DNA of 64,000 nt, from positions 1 through 64,000 of the IMG/VR virus record IMGVR_UViG_3300049830_000285; one strand, written 5' to 3'. A program made the translations under genes and the position numbers. Under the pieces are notes generated by a model. It did not search any database. It worked only from the letters and a program-made list of their open reading frames with translations, and was not told the origin of the DNA. Source of the DNA: a virus. Of this stretch, positions 36,547-45,005 are shown piece after piece (the stretch's first letter is position 1; the number at the start of each line of letters is the position of its first letter).

Positions 36547-37407
36547 ATGAGCATGGTACGAAACAATCGAAACACCAATGAGCAAAGAGAAGCTATTATT
36601 GCAATGGCTCTTGACACCGCCGATGGACGTGTTGCTCTCGCGCAAGCGATGGTGGAACCCATCAAAACAAGCTTGATGTATCAAGCAATCGGACGTAAGC
36701 TTTTGATGGTAGACGAATTGCCTCAAGGCGCTCTCCCACGATACGAACGAGATGTGGCTGTGAAGTCATATGTCATTCCAAAGCGTGGTATGGTTCCAAC
36801 TCACGTAGTTGAAGCTGAAGAGTTGTTAATCCCAGTTGTTGAGTTGGCTACCAACCCTACAATCAAGATTAACGAAATCAACCAACGACGATACTACATC
36901 GTTGACCGAGCGCAAGTTCGTGCAAAGGATAGTATCCAACGACAAGAAGACGTTGAAGTGTTCAAGGTCATCAACGCCGCAGTTCCTACCGACCACAGCA
37001 TTGCTGTTGCTGGTACATTGCAGCCAGAAAACATCAACCTCGCGTTGACGTTGATTGAAGAGCACGAATTGATTGGCGCAAAGGTCATTATGCACCCACA
37101 GCGCTACAAGGACGTTCGAGACTGGGGTAAGGATTTCTTCGACGAGGCAACTCAACGAGACATCTTGATGACTGGTCTTTACGGTCACATCTACTCTGCG
37201 GACATCCATGTTTCGACAATGGTTCCAAAGAACGCTGTGTACGTGCTTGCACCTGCGCAGTTCGTAGGCGCGATGCCTGTTCGACAGGACATCACTGTTC
37301 TTCCTGCTGACGACCCTAAGAAGCTTCGACTTGGTTGGGTTGTTTTCGAAGAAGTTGGCTTCGGTGTTATAAACGACTACGCGATTAGTCGAATCATCGT
37401 TAGCTAA
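36547..37407 (+). CDS. Major capsid protein (compact HK97-fold type)
   Basis: GRVALAQAMVEPI, VDELPQGALPRYERD, QRQED, GWVVFEEVG; highly biased codons; followed by a strong terminator. Confidence 0.85.
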   Translation: MSMVRNNRNTNEQREAIIAMALDTADGRVALAQAMVEPIKTSLMYQAIGRKLLMVDELPQGALPRYERDVAVKSYVIPKRGMVPTHVVEAEELLIPVVELATNPTIKINEINQRRYYIVDRAQVRAKDSIQRQEDVEVFKVINAAVPTDHSIAVAGTLQPENINLALTLIEEHELIGAKVIMHPQRYKDVRDWGKDFFDEATQRDILMTGLYGHIYSADIHVSTMVPKNAVYVLAPAQFVGAMPVRQDITVLPADDPKKLRLGWVVFEEVGFGVINDYAISRIIVS

Positions 37408-37444
37408 TAACTAACAACAATTAAAAAAATAGTTTACTATTTTT

Positions 37445-37476
37445 AGGCTAGAAAGGAAACTTTCTAGCCTTTTTTT
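37445..37476 (+). terminator. Intrinsic terminator after the MCP gene
   Basis: AGGCTAGAAAG-GAAA-CTTTCTAGCCT-T tract. Confidence 0.92.
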
Positions 37477-37492
37477 ATGGTATAATTAGGTT

Positions 37493-37930
37493 ATGTTAGA
37501 AAGATGGAAGTTAAAAACTCCGCGAGATAAATCGTTAATAAATATTCACGTTTTACATCAAGAGACATTTAATAAATTTGGTTATTATCCAGAAGAAATA
37601 TCTCATGCATCAAGCAAAGAAGTCGCCTGGAAGTGCCTAGATTGTCCAAAAATATCGTTCGGAAGAGAAAAGGATATTAAAAAAGGTAAGAGATGCTTGT
37701 CTTGCGCACAAAGAATAAGAACTCAAAATCGCAATCAGCAAATGAAAGAACAAGGCTTAGCTCCAAACGGTATCGTTTTAGGAACTAGAAATAAAGTTGG
37801 TTATCGAGAAAAACACCGATTATGGCGTAAAAAATGGCGTGCCACTCCAATTGGCTGTCTAACCAACCGTCTTCGCGTCAGTCTGAAGAGAGTTCATAAA
37901 GGGATGATTGTAAGATATCACAATATCTAA
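37493..37930 (+). CDS. Zinc-ribbon protein, possibly a truncated homing endonuclease
   Basis: SSKEVAWKCLDC...CLSC ribbon and NRLRVSL segment; ends before any nuclease motif. Confidence 0.5.
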   Translation: MLERWKLKTPRDKSLINIHVLHQETFNKFGYYPEEISHASSKEVAWKCLDCPKISFGREKDIKKGKRCLSCAQRIRTQNRNQQMKEQGLAPNGIVLGTRNKVGYREKHRLWRKKWRATPIGCLTNRLRVSLKRVHKGMIVRYHNI

Positions 37931-37950
37931 AATAGTGGTATAATTTACTT

Positions 37951-38478
37951 ATGGTACTAATAGTTCACGAAGACGTTCAAAACATATTGCCTCATTTAGA
38001 TTCATTTGTTATTAGTAATGAATTTGATAAAGTCAAAATAAATCTTGCAAAGCACATTGCCAATAAAAATAATATTGGATATGAAACAATTGATGCGTTT
38101 GATTTTCCTGCTGCTACCACCATTAAAGGCTATGCTATAGAATTCTTAAAGAAACACAACGTTAAGAATATTGATGTGTTGGATAATTTAAATTTGATAT
38201 ACATATTTGCCAATGCTTTAGGTTTTCGCAAGACTGAAGAATATGAAGTTTACTCTGAAGAGCAAATGCAACATTGGCGCAAAACAAGCACGACGGCAAA
38301 TAAAAACGCAGAAGAAGAAAAACATCTTCGTGCTGCTTATGCGATGAATGTCATAAACACTGCAATTGAAAGCGCACACGCAAAAGGATTAGCACTCGAT
38401 GTCACGCTTCTGACAAAAGAAGAATTATTTCCAAATAGAACTATAGTTAGCGCCGCGAGAATGAATAAAGGATTTTAA
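37951..38478 (+). CDS. Hypothetical protein
   Basis: 175-aa ORF with TGGTATAAT 6 nt before the ATG. Confidence 0.6.
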   Translation: MVLIVHEDVQNILPHLDSFVISNEFDKVKINLAKHIANKNNIGYETIDAFDFPAATTIKGYAIEFLKKHNVKNIDVLDNLNLIYIFANALGFRKTEEYEVYSEEQMQHWRKTSTTANKNAEEEKHLRAAYAMNVINTAIESAHAKGLALDVTLLTKEELFPNRTIVSAARMNKGF

Positions 38479-38672
38479 TGCACAGGAATACTCTTCGCGC
38501 ACAAGCATTAAAGGCATTGTTTCCTAAATTCAATGGCAAAATTGAAGATTACATCATTGATGTACAAATTCAATCATTGATTGCGCGTGGCATTATGGAA
38601 GAAGGCGATTTGTATATAATTTTTGACCCTGATTGGACACAGGGTATTCCAAGCGTGGCTCCATATTTTTGA
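38478..38672 (+). CDS. Small hypothetical protein
   Basis: 64 aa, TAATG-coupled to the upstream gene. Confidence 0.5.
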   Translation: MHRNTLRAQALKALFPKFNGKIEDYIIDVQIQSLIARGIMEEGDLYIIFDPDWTQGIPSVAPYF

Positions 38673-39200
38673 TTACAATTCCACTTCTTGCTTATTGAAA
38701 AACGCTTTGGGTTGAAGTAATTTACCGCTCCACCACTCAAGTTCGACACCAGCTTCTGCCAAGAGTTCAATTGCGTGTTTATGGTCTTCTGTCCATCGGT
38801 GGTCGGCAAGTCCATAGGCTGCGTCATAAGCTTCTTGCCCATCTTTGTGTACGATAACCTTAGAGATACCAACCTGAACAATTGCTCTGGCGCAATCCAT
38901 ACAAGGCATAATCGTAACATAAATCGTACAATTCTCTAAACTTGTACCTTGACGAGCGCTGTTATAAATTGCATTTCGCTCTGCGTGTTCTGTGTAAAGA
39001 TATTTGAGCGGTCTCTCGTGTCGCGGGTCATCGTCCCCCCATGGAGATGTGCCTCTGCACCAGCCATTATAGCCCATAGCAAGCACAACGTTTGTTGGAT
39101 TGACTACAACCGCGCCAACCTTAGTTCCCTTGTCAGAGCTACGCATTGCCATAAGACAAGCCATAGTCATAAATGTTTCTTTCCACTCTGCTCTTTTCAA
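38673..39200 (-). CDS. dCMP deaminase (ComEB-like)
   Basis: KVGAVVV, MGYNG, HAERNAI and PCMDC Zn motifs. Confidence 0.93.
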   Translation of the reverse strand: MKRAEWKETFMTMACLMAMRSSDKGTKVGAVVVNPTNVVLAMGYNGWCRGTSPWGDDDPRHERPLKYLYTEHAERNAIYNSARQGTSLENCTIYVTIMPCMDCARAIVQVGISKVIVHKDGQEAYDAAYGLADHRWTEDHKHAIELLAEAGVELEWWSGKLLQPKAFFNKQEVEL

Positions 39201-39679
39201 TTTCGTCTACTCCACACAATCTGTGATTCGTATTTCATTATAGCACCTTCGTAGGGCTTAATTGAATCTTCTGGCGTAAGAACAACAACACTGGAGCGAG
39301 GAATGCGAAAATAACTCCATCGGCTATCTAATGGAGAATCTATCCATTCTGGCGTCACACGGACACTTGTTGTCAATCGCATGTCGCCCTTATTAAGAGA
39401 TAAATCTGGAATAATTTCCTCTTCTTCAATGTTCGAACACCACTGGGCACATTCTTCTTTAAATTCATATAAACCACCCTCATATTCTCCATTACAGAAT
39501 GATTCAGGGTAAAATCCGGGAACAAGCTCAAGTAAAGGTATGTGTTCGATGACAAGGAGAACACAGTTATAAATAATGGTTGCGGGTTCAATAAGCTCAA
39601 GATATTTTGGCTTTGCATCAGAATCGCGCATATAAAACAAGCGCGAAGCCTCTTTCAGTTCTTCTTCTTTCGTAGACAT
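39197..39679 (-). CDS. Hypothetical protein
   Basis: 160 aa; overlaps the deaminase start by 4 nt. Confidence 0.55.
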   Translation of the reverse strand: MSTKEEELKEASRLFYMRDSDAKPKYLELIEPATIIYNCVLLVIEHIPLLELVPGFYPESFCNGEYEGGLYEFKEECAQWCSNIEEEEIIPDLSLNKGDMRLTTSVRVTPEWIDSPLDSRWSYFRIPRSSVVVLTPEDSIKPYEGAIMKYESQIVWSRRN

Positions 39680-39698
39680 TGTGCAGATTGTACCTTAA

Positions 39699-40037
39699 AT
39701 GTACGAATATAATAATATGAACGAAAGATTGTTAGAACTTGAGGATTTTACACCACTCAGTGCTTTTGCTCCAAATTTTGCCAAATGGCTCAACCATGCT
39801 GATAGAAATAGTAAAAATGATGAATTATTGCGTTTTTACGGTCAACAATTAACTGCTGCCGAAGCAGCGTTTTGCGGTAGTTATGCCAGACATATAATCC
39901 TTGGTACGCAGCCGCCGAATCTAGAAGAAGGGTCTTTTGATGGTTCTCCGGTTTATCGACAATGTTTGTTGGAAAAAATTGTAAGAGAGAAATTGAAAAC
40001 AGATAATTATGTCTTTCCATTAGCAGTTAGGATTTAA
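39699..40037 (+). CDS. Hypothetical protein
   Basis: 112-aa ORF; the start could be 39717. Confidence 0.5.
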   Translation: MYEYNNMNERLLELEDFTPLSAFAPNFAKWLNHADRNSKNDELLRFYGQQLTAAEAAFCGSYARHIILGTQPPNLEEGSFDGSPVYRQCLLEKIVREKLKTDNYVFPLAVRI

Positions 40038-40053
40038 TTGTAAAATATCACTA

Positions 40054-40347
40054 ATGAGTGACGAAAACCCATTAGTGAAGCAATCATCGTTAGATGATAT
40101 TGCAGAAAATTGCACATTGGCGTGTTTGGAGCACGGAGCCAATCTATATCGAAATATCATATCAGCTTGTTTCGAATCAAAATTTCAAGGCATGGATGAA
40201 TGCATGAATTTCATTGACAGCATGATACACGCAGACATTAGTCATTTAACTGGTGCAGAACAACGAGCTGTGCTCTTGACACTGAACAATATTCGCATAG
40301 CATTCGCTCATCAAAGAGAGTTAATAATCAAGGCATACGATAAATAG
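40054..40347 (+). CDS. Hypothetical protein
   Basis: 97-aa ORF with TAAAAT 7 nt before the ATG. Confidence 0.55.
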   Translation: MSDENPLVKQSSLDDIAENCTLACLEHGANLYRNIISACFESKFQGMDECMNFIDSMIHADISHLTGAEQRAVLLTLNNIRIAFAHQRELIIKAYDK

Positions 40348-40360
40348 GTATACTCACGGA

Positions 40361-40930
40361 ATGGATGTAAAAATACCAGACCTTTACGCTCCTCTTTTTG
40401 ACAACAAAAATGGTGTAGTAAAGTATCCGAACGATGTTCTTAGGAAAATTGCCGAACCCGTTGGCGAAAATGAAGATGTCAGTGCTATTATCGCACAAAT
40501 GTCAAATATTCTTGGTAAAACAACTGGTATAGGATTAGCAGCGCCACAAATAGGTGTCAGCAAACGTATTATCATGGTGAGACGCGATAAGAGATATGCT
40601 TTAATTAACCCAGTTATTGAAGAAGCCTCTGGTGTTTTTACAGCAGACGAAGGCTGTATGAGCATCCCGAATCTATGGGGACATGTTGTTCGTCATCAAT
40701 CAATCACTCTCCGTGGCACCTCTCCACATGGAAAGGAAGTGGTGCTCAAGCTCACAGACATGGAAGCTGTTGTGCCTCAGCATGAAATCGACCATTTAGA
40801 TGGAATATTATTCATTGACAAATCCATTCCAAAATCACTTAATTGGTTTGCGAAAAAAATTGGAATACCGTTAAGCGCCGAGTTTGAAGATATCCTCAAG
40901 AATGAAGACGAAGAAGGTACACAATCATGA
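40361..40930 (+). CDS. def: Peptide deformylase
   Basis: GIGLAAPQIG, EGCMS and QHEIDHLDG motifs. Confidence 0.97.
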   Translation: MDVKIPDLYAPLFDNKNGVVKYPNDVLRKIAEPVGENEDVSAIIAQMSNILGKTTGIGLAAPQIGVSKRIIMVRRDKRYALINPVIEEASGVFTADEGCMSIPNLWGHVVRHQSITLRGTSPHGKEVVLKLTDMEAVVPQHEIDHLDGILFIDKSIPKSLNWFAKKIGIPLSAEFEDILKNEDEEGTQS

Positions 40931-41457
40931 TAACAATTGACGAATTGCAAGTCACGCAACGGAATATTAGGAATCCAGAGCAACTTGCGCGAATGACTGC
41001 ATTTGTAAAGAACGATGGATTTTTCACCAAAAATTGTTTAAGCAAGCACCAAAGTCGTGGAAAGACATCTCCATTAATCGAAATCACACAATTTGAAGAT
41101 GGACAATATTTTTTACACGACGGACATCATCGTGCAGCCGCTATTGTGCTGGGTGGAAGAGATTTCATCGACGGGACAGAATATCGAATCCGTCAGTTCA
41201 CATATGAACAATACATCAAACCAAATTTAGCAGTTGAATGGTGGACACCGTTCGACCCTAGAATCGAACTTCGTCTCACGGATACTTCCACTTACAAAAA
41301 TATGTTACATAAGCTGAAAGATGCTGTTCCCCCAGAAACAGAGGATATTTCAATGCTGGAGGAAGCATTGCTGCATAGCATTTACACTAAGCGTCATTTA
41401 TACGTCGAACCCCGAAATGGTTTGTTTACATTGCGCGAATTTGTAGGCTCTTTGTAA
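40927..41457 (+). CDS. ParB/Srx-like domain protein
   Basis: PLIEI...YFLHDGHHRAAA. Confidence 0.65.
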   Translation: MITIDELQVTQRNIRNPEQLARMTAFVKNDGFFTKNCLSKHQSRGKTSPLIEITQFEDGQYFLHDGHHRAAAIVLGGRDFIDGTEYRIRQFTYEQYIKPNLAVEWWTPFDPRIELRLTDTSTYKNMLHKLKDAVPPETEDISMLEEALLHSIYTKRHLYVEPRNGLFTLREFVGSL

Positions 41458-41478
41458 CATCTGGTAGAATATCACTGT

Positions 41479-42015
41479 ATGTGGTATCGAAACATTGTGA
41501 CAGCGGAGCAACACACAAGTGTAATTGTGGCTCTTTGGCTGCCCGATGACAAAGCAAAAAAACTGGCTTTGAAAAAAACAGACGTAGACAAACCCGAAGC
41601 TGCTGACAGTCTACATTTAACAATGCTTTATATCGGAAAAGCAGATGCGCTTAAAGATAAACGTGAGCTTATTGAATCCGCTCTAGAAGCTATGTCAAAT
41701 CAATACCCGGCAATTAAGGGTAAAGTTCAAGGCGTTGGATGTTTTTCTGGCAATGATGAAACAAAACCATTTTATGCATCTTATGATTCTGCGGAGCTTT
41801 CAGAAATTCGACAAAAACTTGTTGAAACGATGGAATCTTTGGGAATCGAGCTTGATAAGACACATGGATTCACACCCCATATTACATTGGCTTATATTGA
41901 TGCCAATGATGATTTACCAAATGTTAATGTTCCAGATTTAGCTATAGATTTTGACAAATTGACACTAGCCTGGGCTGGAAAGCAAACTCATTATTCTTTA
42001 AACCAAAAAAGTTAA
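41479..42015 (+). CDS. 2H phosphoesterase (2'-5' RNA ligase / Acb1-like)
   Basis: Two HxT motifs, LHLTMLY and FTPHITLAY; N-terminus MWYRNIVTAEQ. Confidence 0.85.
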   Translation: MWYRNIVTAEQHTSVIVALWLPDDKAKKLALKKTDVDKPEAADSLHLTMLYIGKADALKDKRELIESALEAMSNQYPAIKGKVQGVGCFSGNDETKPFYASYDSAELSEIRQKLVETMESLGIELDKTHGFTPHITLAYIDANDDLPNVNVPDLAIDFDKLTLAWAGKQTHYSLNQKS

Positions 42016-42021
42016 GTAAAT

Positions 42022-43026
42022 TTGACATTATCCATGTATATGGATAATGTGATAGATGTAAATATACCAAAATTTTGGCTTGAGCAAGAGTATGTCGTAA
42101 AGCAGCGCAGTATGCAAGAAATTGCTTTTGATTTAGGTATCAGCGCTCAAATAGTATATAAAATTTTATGTACATATGGTATTCAAGTGCGAACTAATCA
42201 ATATGCCAGAAAACATCTCTCAATAGACAAAGATTGGCTTATTGAAGAGTATGTAAACAAAAGAAGAAGCACAACTGATATTTCGAAAGAATTGAATTGC
42301 GGTTACAACACAATTAATCGAAGATTACGAGAATACGGTATTGTGGTTCGTGATAATGGAAAGCCGCAAAAAACAGAATTATTAGGACAAACATTCGGCA
42401 AATGGACGGTGCTCTGCGAGATACCAGGAAAGACAGAACATCACTCTTGTCAATGGAAATGTCAATGCGTTTGCGGACAAATCAAAACACTGTCTACATA
42501 CACTTTGACATCTGGCGCTAGTAAAGGGTGTCTCACATGCGATATCGCGCAGACACAAGCGGAAAAGCACGTGATTACATCTTATTACTGGGGTTCTCTG
42601 CAAAGCAGTGCAAAAAAAAGAGGTTTAGATTTTGCAGTTACCAAAGATTATGTGGCTGATTTATATGAGAAACAGGGTCGAAGGTGCGCTTTAACTGGAT
42701 TGCGTCTGAATATGGCTGATACTCACTGCGCTTGGCGTGAGGGAAAGCAAACTGCTTCATTAGACCGTATTAACTCACTTATGACATATGAAGACGGTAA
42801 TGTTCAATGGGTTCATAAAATGGTTAATCTTGCAAAATGGGATATGCCACAAGAAGAATTTATTAGAGTTTGCCATTTGGTTGCTAAATTGCACCCTATG
42901 GAAATCGAAGAAGAAGTTGAAAATCCAGAAATTAGCATAGATGATGAAGAGACTTCAGAATGGGATTCAGATTTGTGGAGATGGGTGGATGAAAGAGTCA
43001 AACAAAAACAAATAGAAGAAGCGTAA
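42022..43026 (+). CDS. Free-standing homing-endonuclease-like protein (HNH-related)
   Basis: Two HTH-like repeats (WL..EY..K.RS...I..L), GQTFGKWTV..WKCQCVCG, RCALTG, SLDRINS..Y..GNVQWV...N. Start may be ATG 42034 or 42040. Confidence 0.75.
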   Translation: MTLSMYMDNVIDVNIPKFWLEQEYVVKQRSMQEIAFDLGISAQIVYKILCTYGIQVRTNQYARKHLSIDKDWLIEEYVNKRRSTTDISKELNCGYNTINRRLREYGIVVRDNGKPQKTELLGQTFGKWTVLCEIPGKTEHHSCQWKCQCVCGQIKTLSTYTLTSGASKGCLTCDIAQTQAEKHVITSYYWGSLQSSAKKRGLDFAVTKDYVADLYEKQGRRCALTGLRLNMADTHCAWREGKQTASLDRINSLMTYEDGNVQWVHKMVNLAKWDMPQEEFIRVCHLVAKLHPMEIEEEVENPEISIDDEETSEWDSDLWRWVDERVKQKQIEEA

Positions 43027-43092
43027 TACGTATAGAATTAAAAAGGATTTCAGTTGATTTTGCGGTAAAATAATAGTTCGCGAGATGTCCCT

Positions 43093-43215
43093 ATGAGCAA
43101 AGAAAACCAAGAACTTAGCCTATCCTCTTCAGAGGAACGACAACCTGCCGAAGTAGAACAATCAGAAACAGATGCATTTTGGCATGCATATCCGTTAATG
43201 TTTGAACAATCGTAA
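43093..43215 (+). CDS. Possible 40-aa peptide
   Basis: MSKENQELSLSSSEERQPAEVEQSETDAFWHAYPLMFEQS; not in the ORF track; preceded by AGGA-N18-TAAAAT. Confidence 0.3.
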   Translation: MSKENQELSLSSSEERQPAEVEQSETDAFWHAYPLMFEQS

Positions 43216-43327
43216 TTTTATATTGTGATTGTAAGTCTATTACGAGGGGTGGAAGTAATTCTGCCCCTCGCAGGCGTACTCGCTATATTTCCTCAAAATC
43301 ATATTTTCTGTGGTATCATATGGGAAC

Positions 43328-43402
43328 GACCCCATAGTTCAGTGGTGGAACAGCTATCTCTAAAATGGCGTGTCGCGAGTCCGATTCTCGCTGGGGTCAC
43401 CA
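43328..43402 (+). tRNA. tRNA with CUA anticodon (amber suppressor type)
   Basis: Acceptor GACCCCA/TGGGGTC, D stem GTTC/GAAC, anticodon stem GCTAT/ATGGC with loop CT-CTA-AA, T stem GCGAG/CTCGC with loop TCCGATT, discriminator A, encoded CCA. Confidence 0.88.
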
Positions 43403-43416
43403 AGAGTAAAAAAAAT

Positions 43417-44217
43417 ATGAAACGATTCCTTAAATGGTTATCGGGTCTCTTCAATGTGTTCATGGACAAGGTTGAAGACCCAATGATTATGATTGACCAG
43501 GCTAAACGCGACATGCAAGAAAGCCTAGTCCATAATCGTGAACTCGCCGTACAAGCCTTGACACAAAAGAATAACCTAGCTGCTATGGTTAAAGCCGCTG
43601 AATCTCAGGTGGAAAAAAACAAGGCACAAGCTGGAATGGCTCTTAAGCAACGCGAAAGCTATGCACAAGGCACACCCCAGTATGATAATGCGCAAAAATT
43701 AGCTTTGCAATTCGCTGGAGAAATGCAAAACAATCAAGCACAGCTTGCCAATCTTCAAGCTTCATATGAACAAGCCGATGCTGCATGTGTAAATGTTAAA
43801 AAGGCATGTGACCGACAAGAAGCAGACTTCCGAAAGAAACTTGGCGAAGCTGCTGCTATGAAGGCAAACTACAAGAGCGCACAAGTTCAAAATGCTATTC
43901 AAAAAGCATTGTCGGAATTCAATTTCGAGAACATCAATGAGGGCTTTGGTGCTGCTGGTGAAAAGATTCAGAATATGCAAAGCGAAGCTGCTGCTCGAAC
44001 AGAAATGCAGAATTCGTCTCTTGCTGGAAAAGTTGCTGAACTCGAAGATGCTTCACACGACTTTGAGGCTCAAAATGCACTCTCTGACTTGGAAAAGCAA
44101 CTTGGCTTTGCTCCAACAACTGTGCAGACAACTGCGGCTCCACAGACCGTTTCTGTTGGCACGGGTGGGACTCCTGGCGGCGCATTAAGCGACCTTACCC
44201 AGCGTCTTAACCAATAA
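43417..44217 (+). CDS. pspA: PspA/IM30 (Vipp1-like, ESCRT-III superfamily) protein
   Basis: N-terminal amphipathic helix, DKVEDP.IMIDQA.RDM, long coiled coil, F..M.EKI..M..EAAA, LSDLEKQLG. True start is 43417 because the 43225 start runs through the tRNA. Confidence 0.85.
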   Translation: MKRFLKWLSGLFNVFMDKVEDPMIMIDQAKRDMQESLVHNRELAVQALTQKNNLAAMVKAAESQVEKNKAQAGMALKQRESYAQGTPQYDNAQKLALQFAGEMQNNQAQLANLQASYEQADAACVNVKKACDRQEADFRKKLGEAAAMKANYKSAQVQNAIQKALSEFNFENINEGFGAAGEKIQNMQSEAAARTEMQNSSLAGKVAELEDASHDFEAQNALSDLEKQLGFAPTTVQTTAAPQTVSVGTGGTPGGALSDLTQRLNQ

Positions 44218-44223
44218 TCAATC

Positions 44224-44251
44224 GTTTGGGGCGTATAAAATCGCCCCAAAC
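44224..44251. promoter_or_regulatory. Stable hairpin between pspA and the second tRNA
   Basis: GTTTGGGGCG-TATAAAAT-CGCCCCAAAC; no U tract. Confidence 0.55.
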
Positions 44252-44260
44252 ACAACAAAT

Positions 44261-44348
44261 GCTCCAGTAGCTCAATGGTCAGTAGCCACGGTTTCTAAAG
44301 CAGAAGGCCCTCACAAGGTATATGCGGGTTCGAGTCCCGTCTGGAGCG
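44261..44348 (+). tRNA. Type II (long variable arm) tRNA-like gene, CUA anticodon, defective anticodon stem
   Basis: Acceptor GCTCCAG/CTGGAGC, D arm GCT..AGC, loop TT-CTA-AA, T arm GCGGG-TTCGAGT-CCCGT. Anticodon stem ACGGT/GCAGA has two mismatches; no encoded CCA. Confidence 0.6.
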
Positions 44349-44359
44349 CTCAAATTTAT

Positions 44360-44824
44360 ATGTTTAACAATTACCCCAATCCTGAACAAATCTGGTTTTT
44401 GCATGAAATAATGCAACCAGCCAATCGTCAATTTCCACCGACTACCCAAGAGGCTATTGATGACGAGGAAGAAATCAAACAACGATGTCGGCATATAAAC
44501 TTTATCTTTAATGAGTTGAAATGGAAAATAAACACCATTTTCTCCGAAGAAGAACAAGCCGAACTTCGAAGTCAACTTAATCCATTTAATAGGCCTGGTG
44601 AAATTTTCTTTGGCGCTGAGCATTATGCTGGATATGCAGAAGACCGAGTTCACGAAGCATTAACATCTGCTTTTGGTATTACTGGTGGATTGCAGCAGGG
44701 CGGCTTGATGGGCTCTGAGCAAGATGCCGCCGAAACAATTGCAAAAGGAAAAGAAGAAATTAAAGGATTTTTGTTGAAACTTGCTGAAAAACTTGGTGTT
44801 AAGGGCATGAAATTTGAAGATTAA
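44360..44824 (+). CDS. Hypothetical protein
   Basis: 154-aa ORF starting 12 nt after the tRNA-like gene. Confidence 0.6.
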   Translation: MFNNYPNPEQIWFLHEIMQPANRQFPPTTQEAIDDEEEIKQRCRHINFIFNELKWKINTIFSEEEQAELRSQLNPFNRPGEIFFGAEHYAGYAEDRVHEALTSAFGITGGLQQGGLMGSEQDAAETIAKGKEEIKGFLLKLAEKLGVKGMKFED

Positions 44825-44841
44825 CAAGAATTCCTCAAAAT

Positions 44842-44889
44842 CATGTTGTAGAATAATACTAACAAAGTGAATACCATGTTGTAGAATAA
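44842..44889 (+). repeat. 15-bp direct repeat CATGTTGTAGAATAA x2 (tandem promoter-like)
   Basis: Copies at 44842-44856 and 44875-44889, each containing TAGAAT. Confidence 0.6.
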
Positions 44890-45005
44890 ACAAATCAAAT
44901 CTCACGCGCTTACCGAGGCGATGATTTCATCATCCGCTGAACGTGCGCCACCCGTGTGTCTCCTAACCTGCTTCGACACTACTACACGACCTTAGGAGAT
45001 TTAAA

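Noticed and set aside
43225-43416. 64-aa N-terminal extension of the PspA ORF in the track
   Set aside because: It runs through a promoter and a complete tRNA gene; PspA-like sequence begins at ATG 43417.
44842-44889. CRISPR mini-array
   Set aside because: Only two 15-bp repeats with an 18-nt spacer, no cas genes, and the repeat looks like a promoter. No CRISPR array was seen anywhere in the window.
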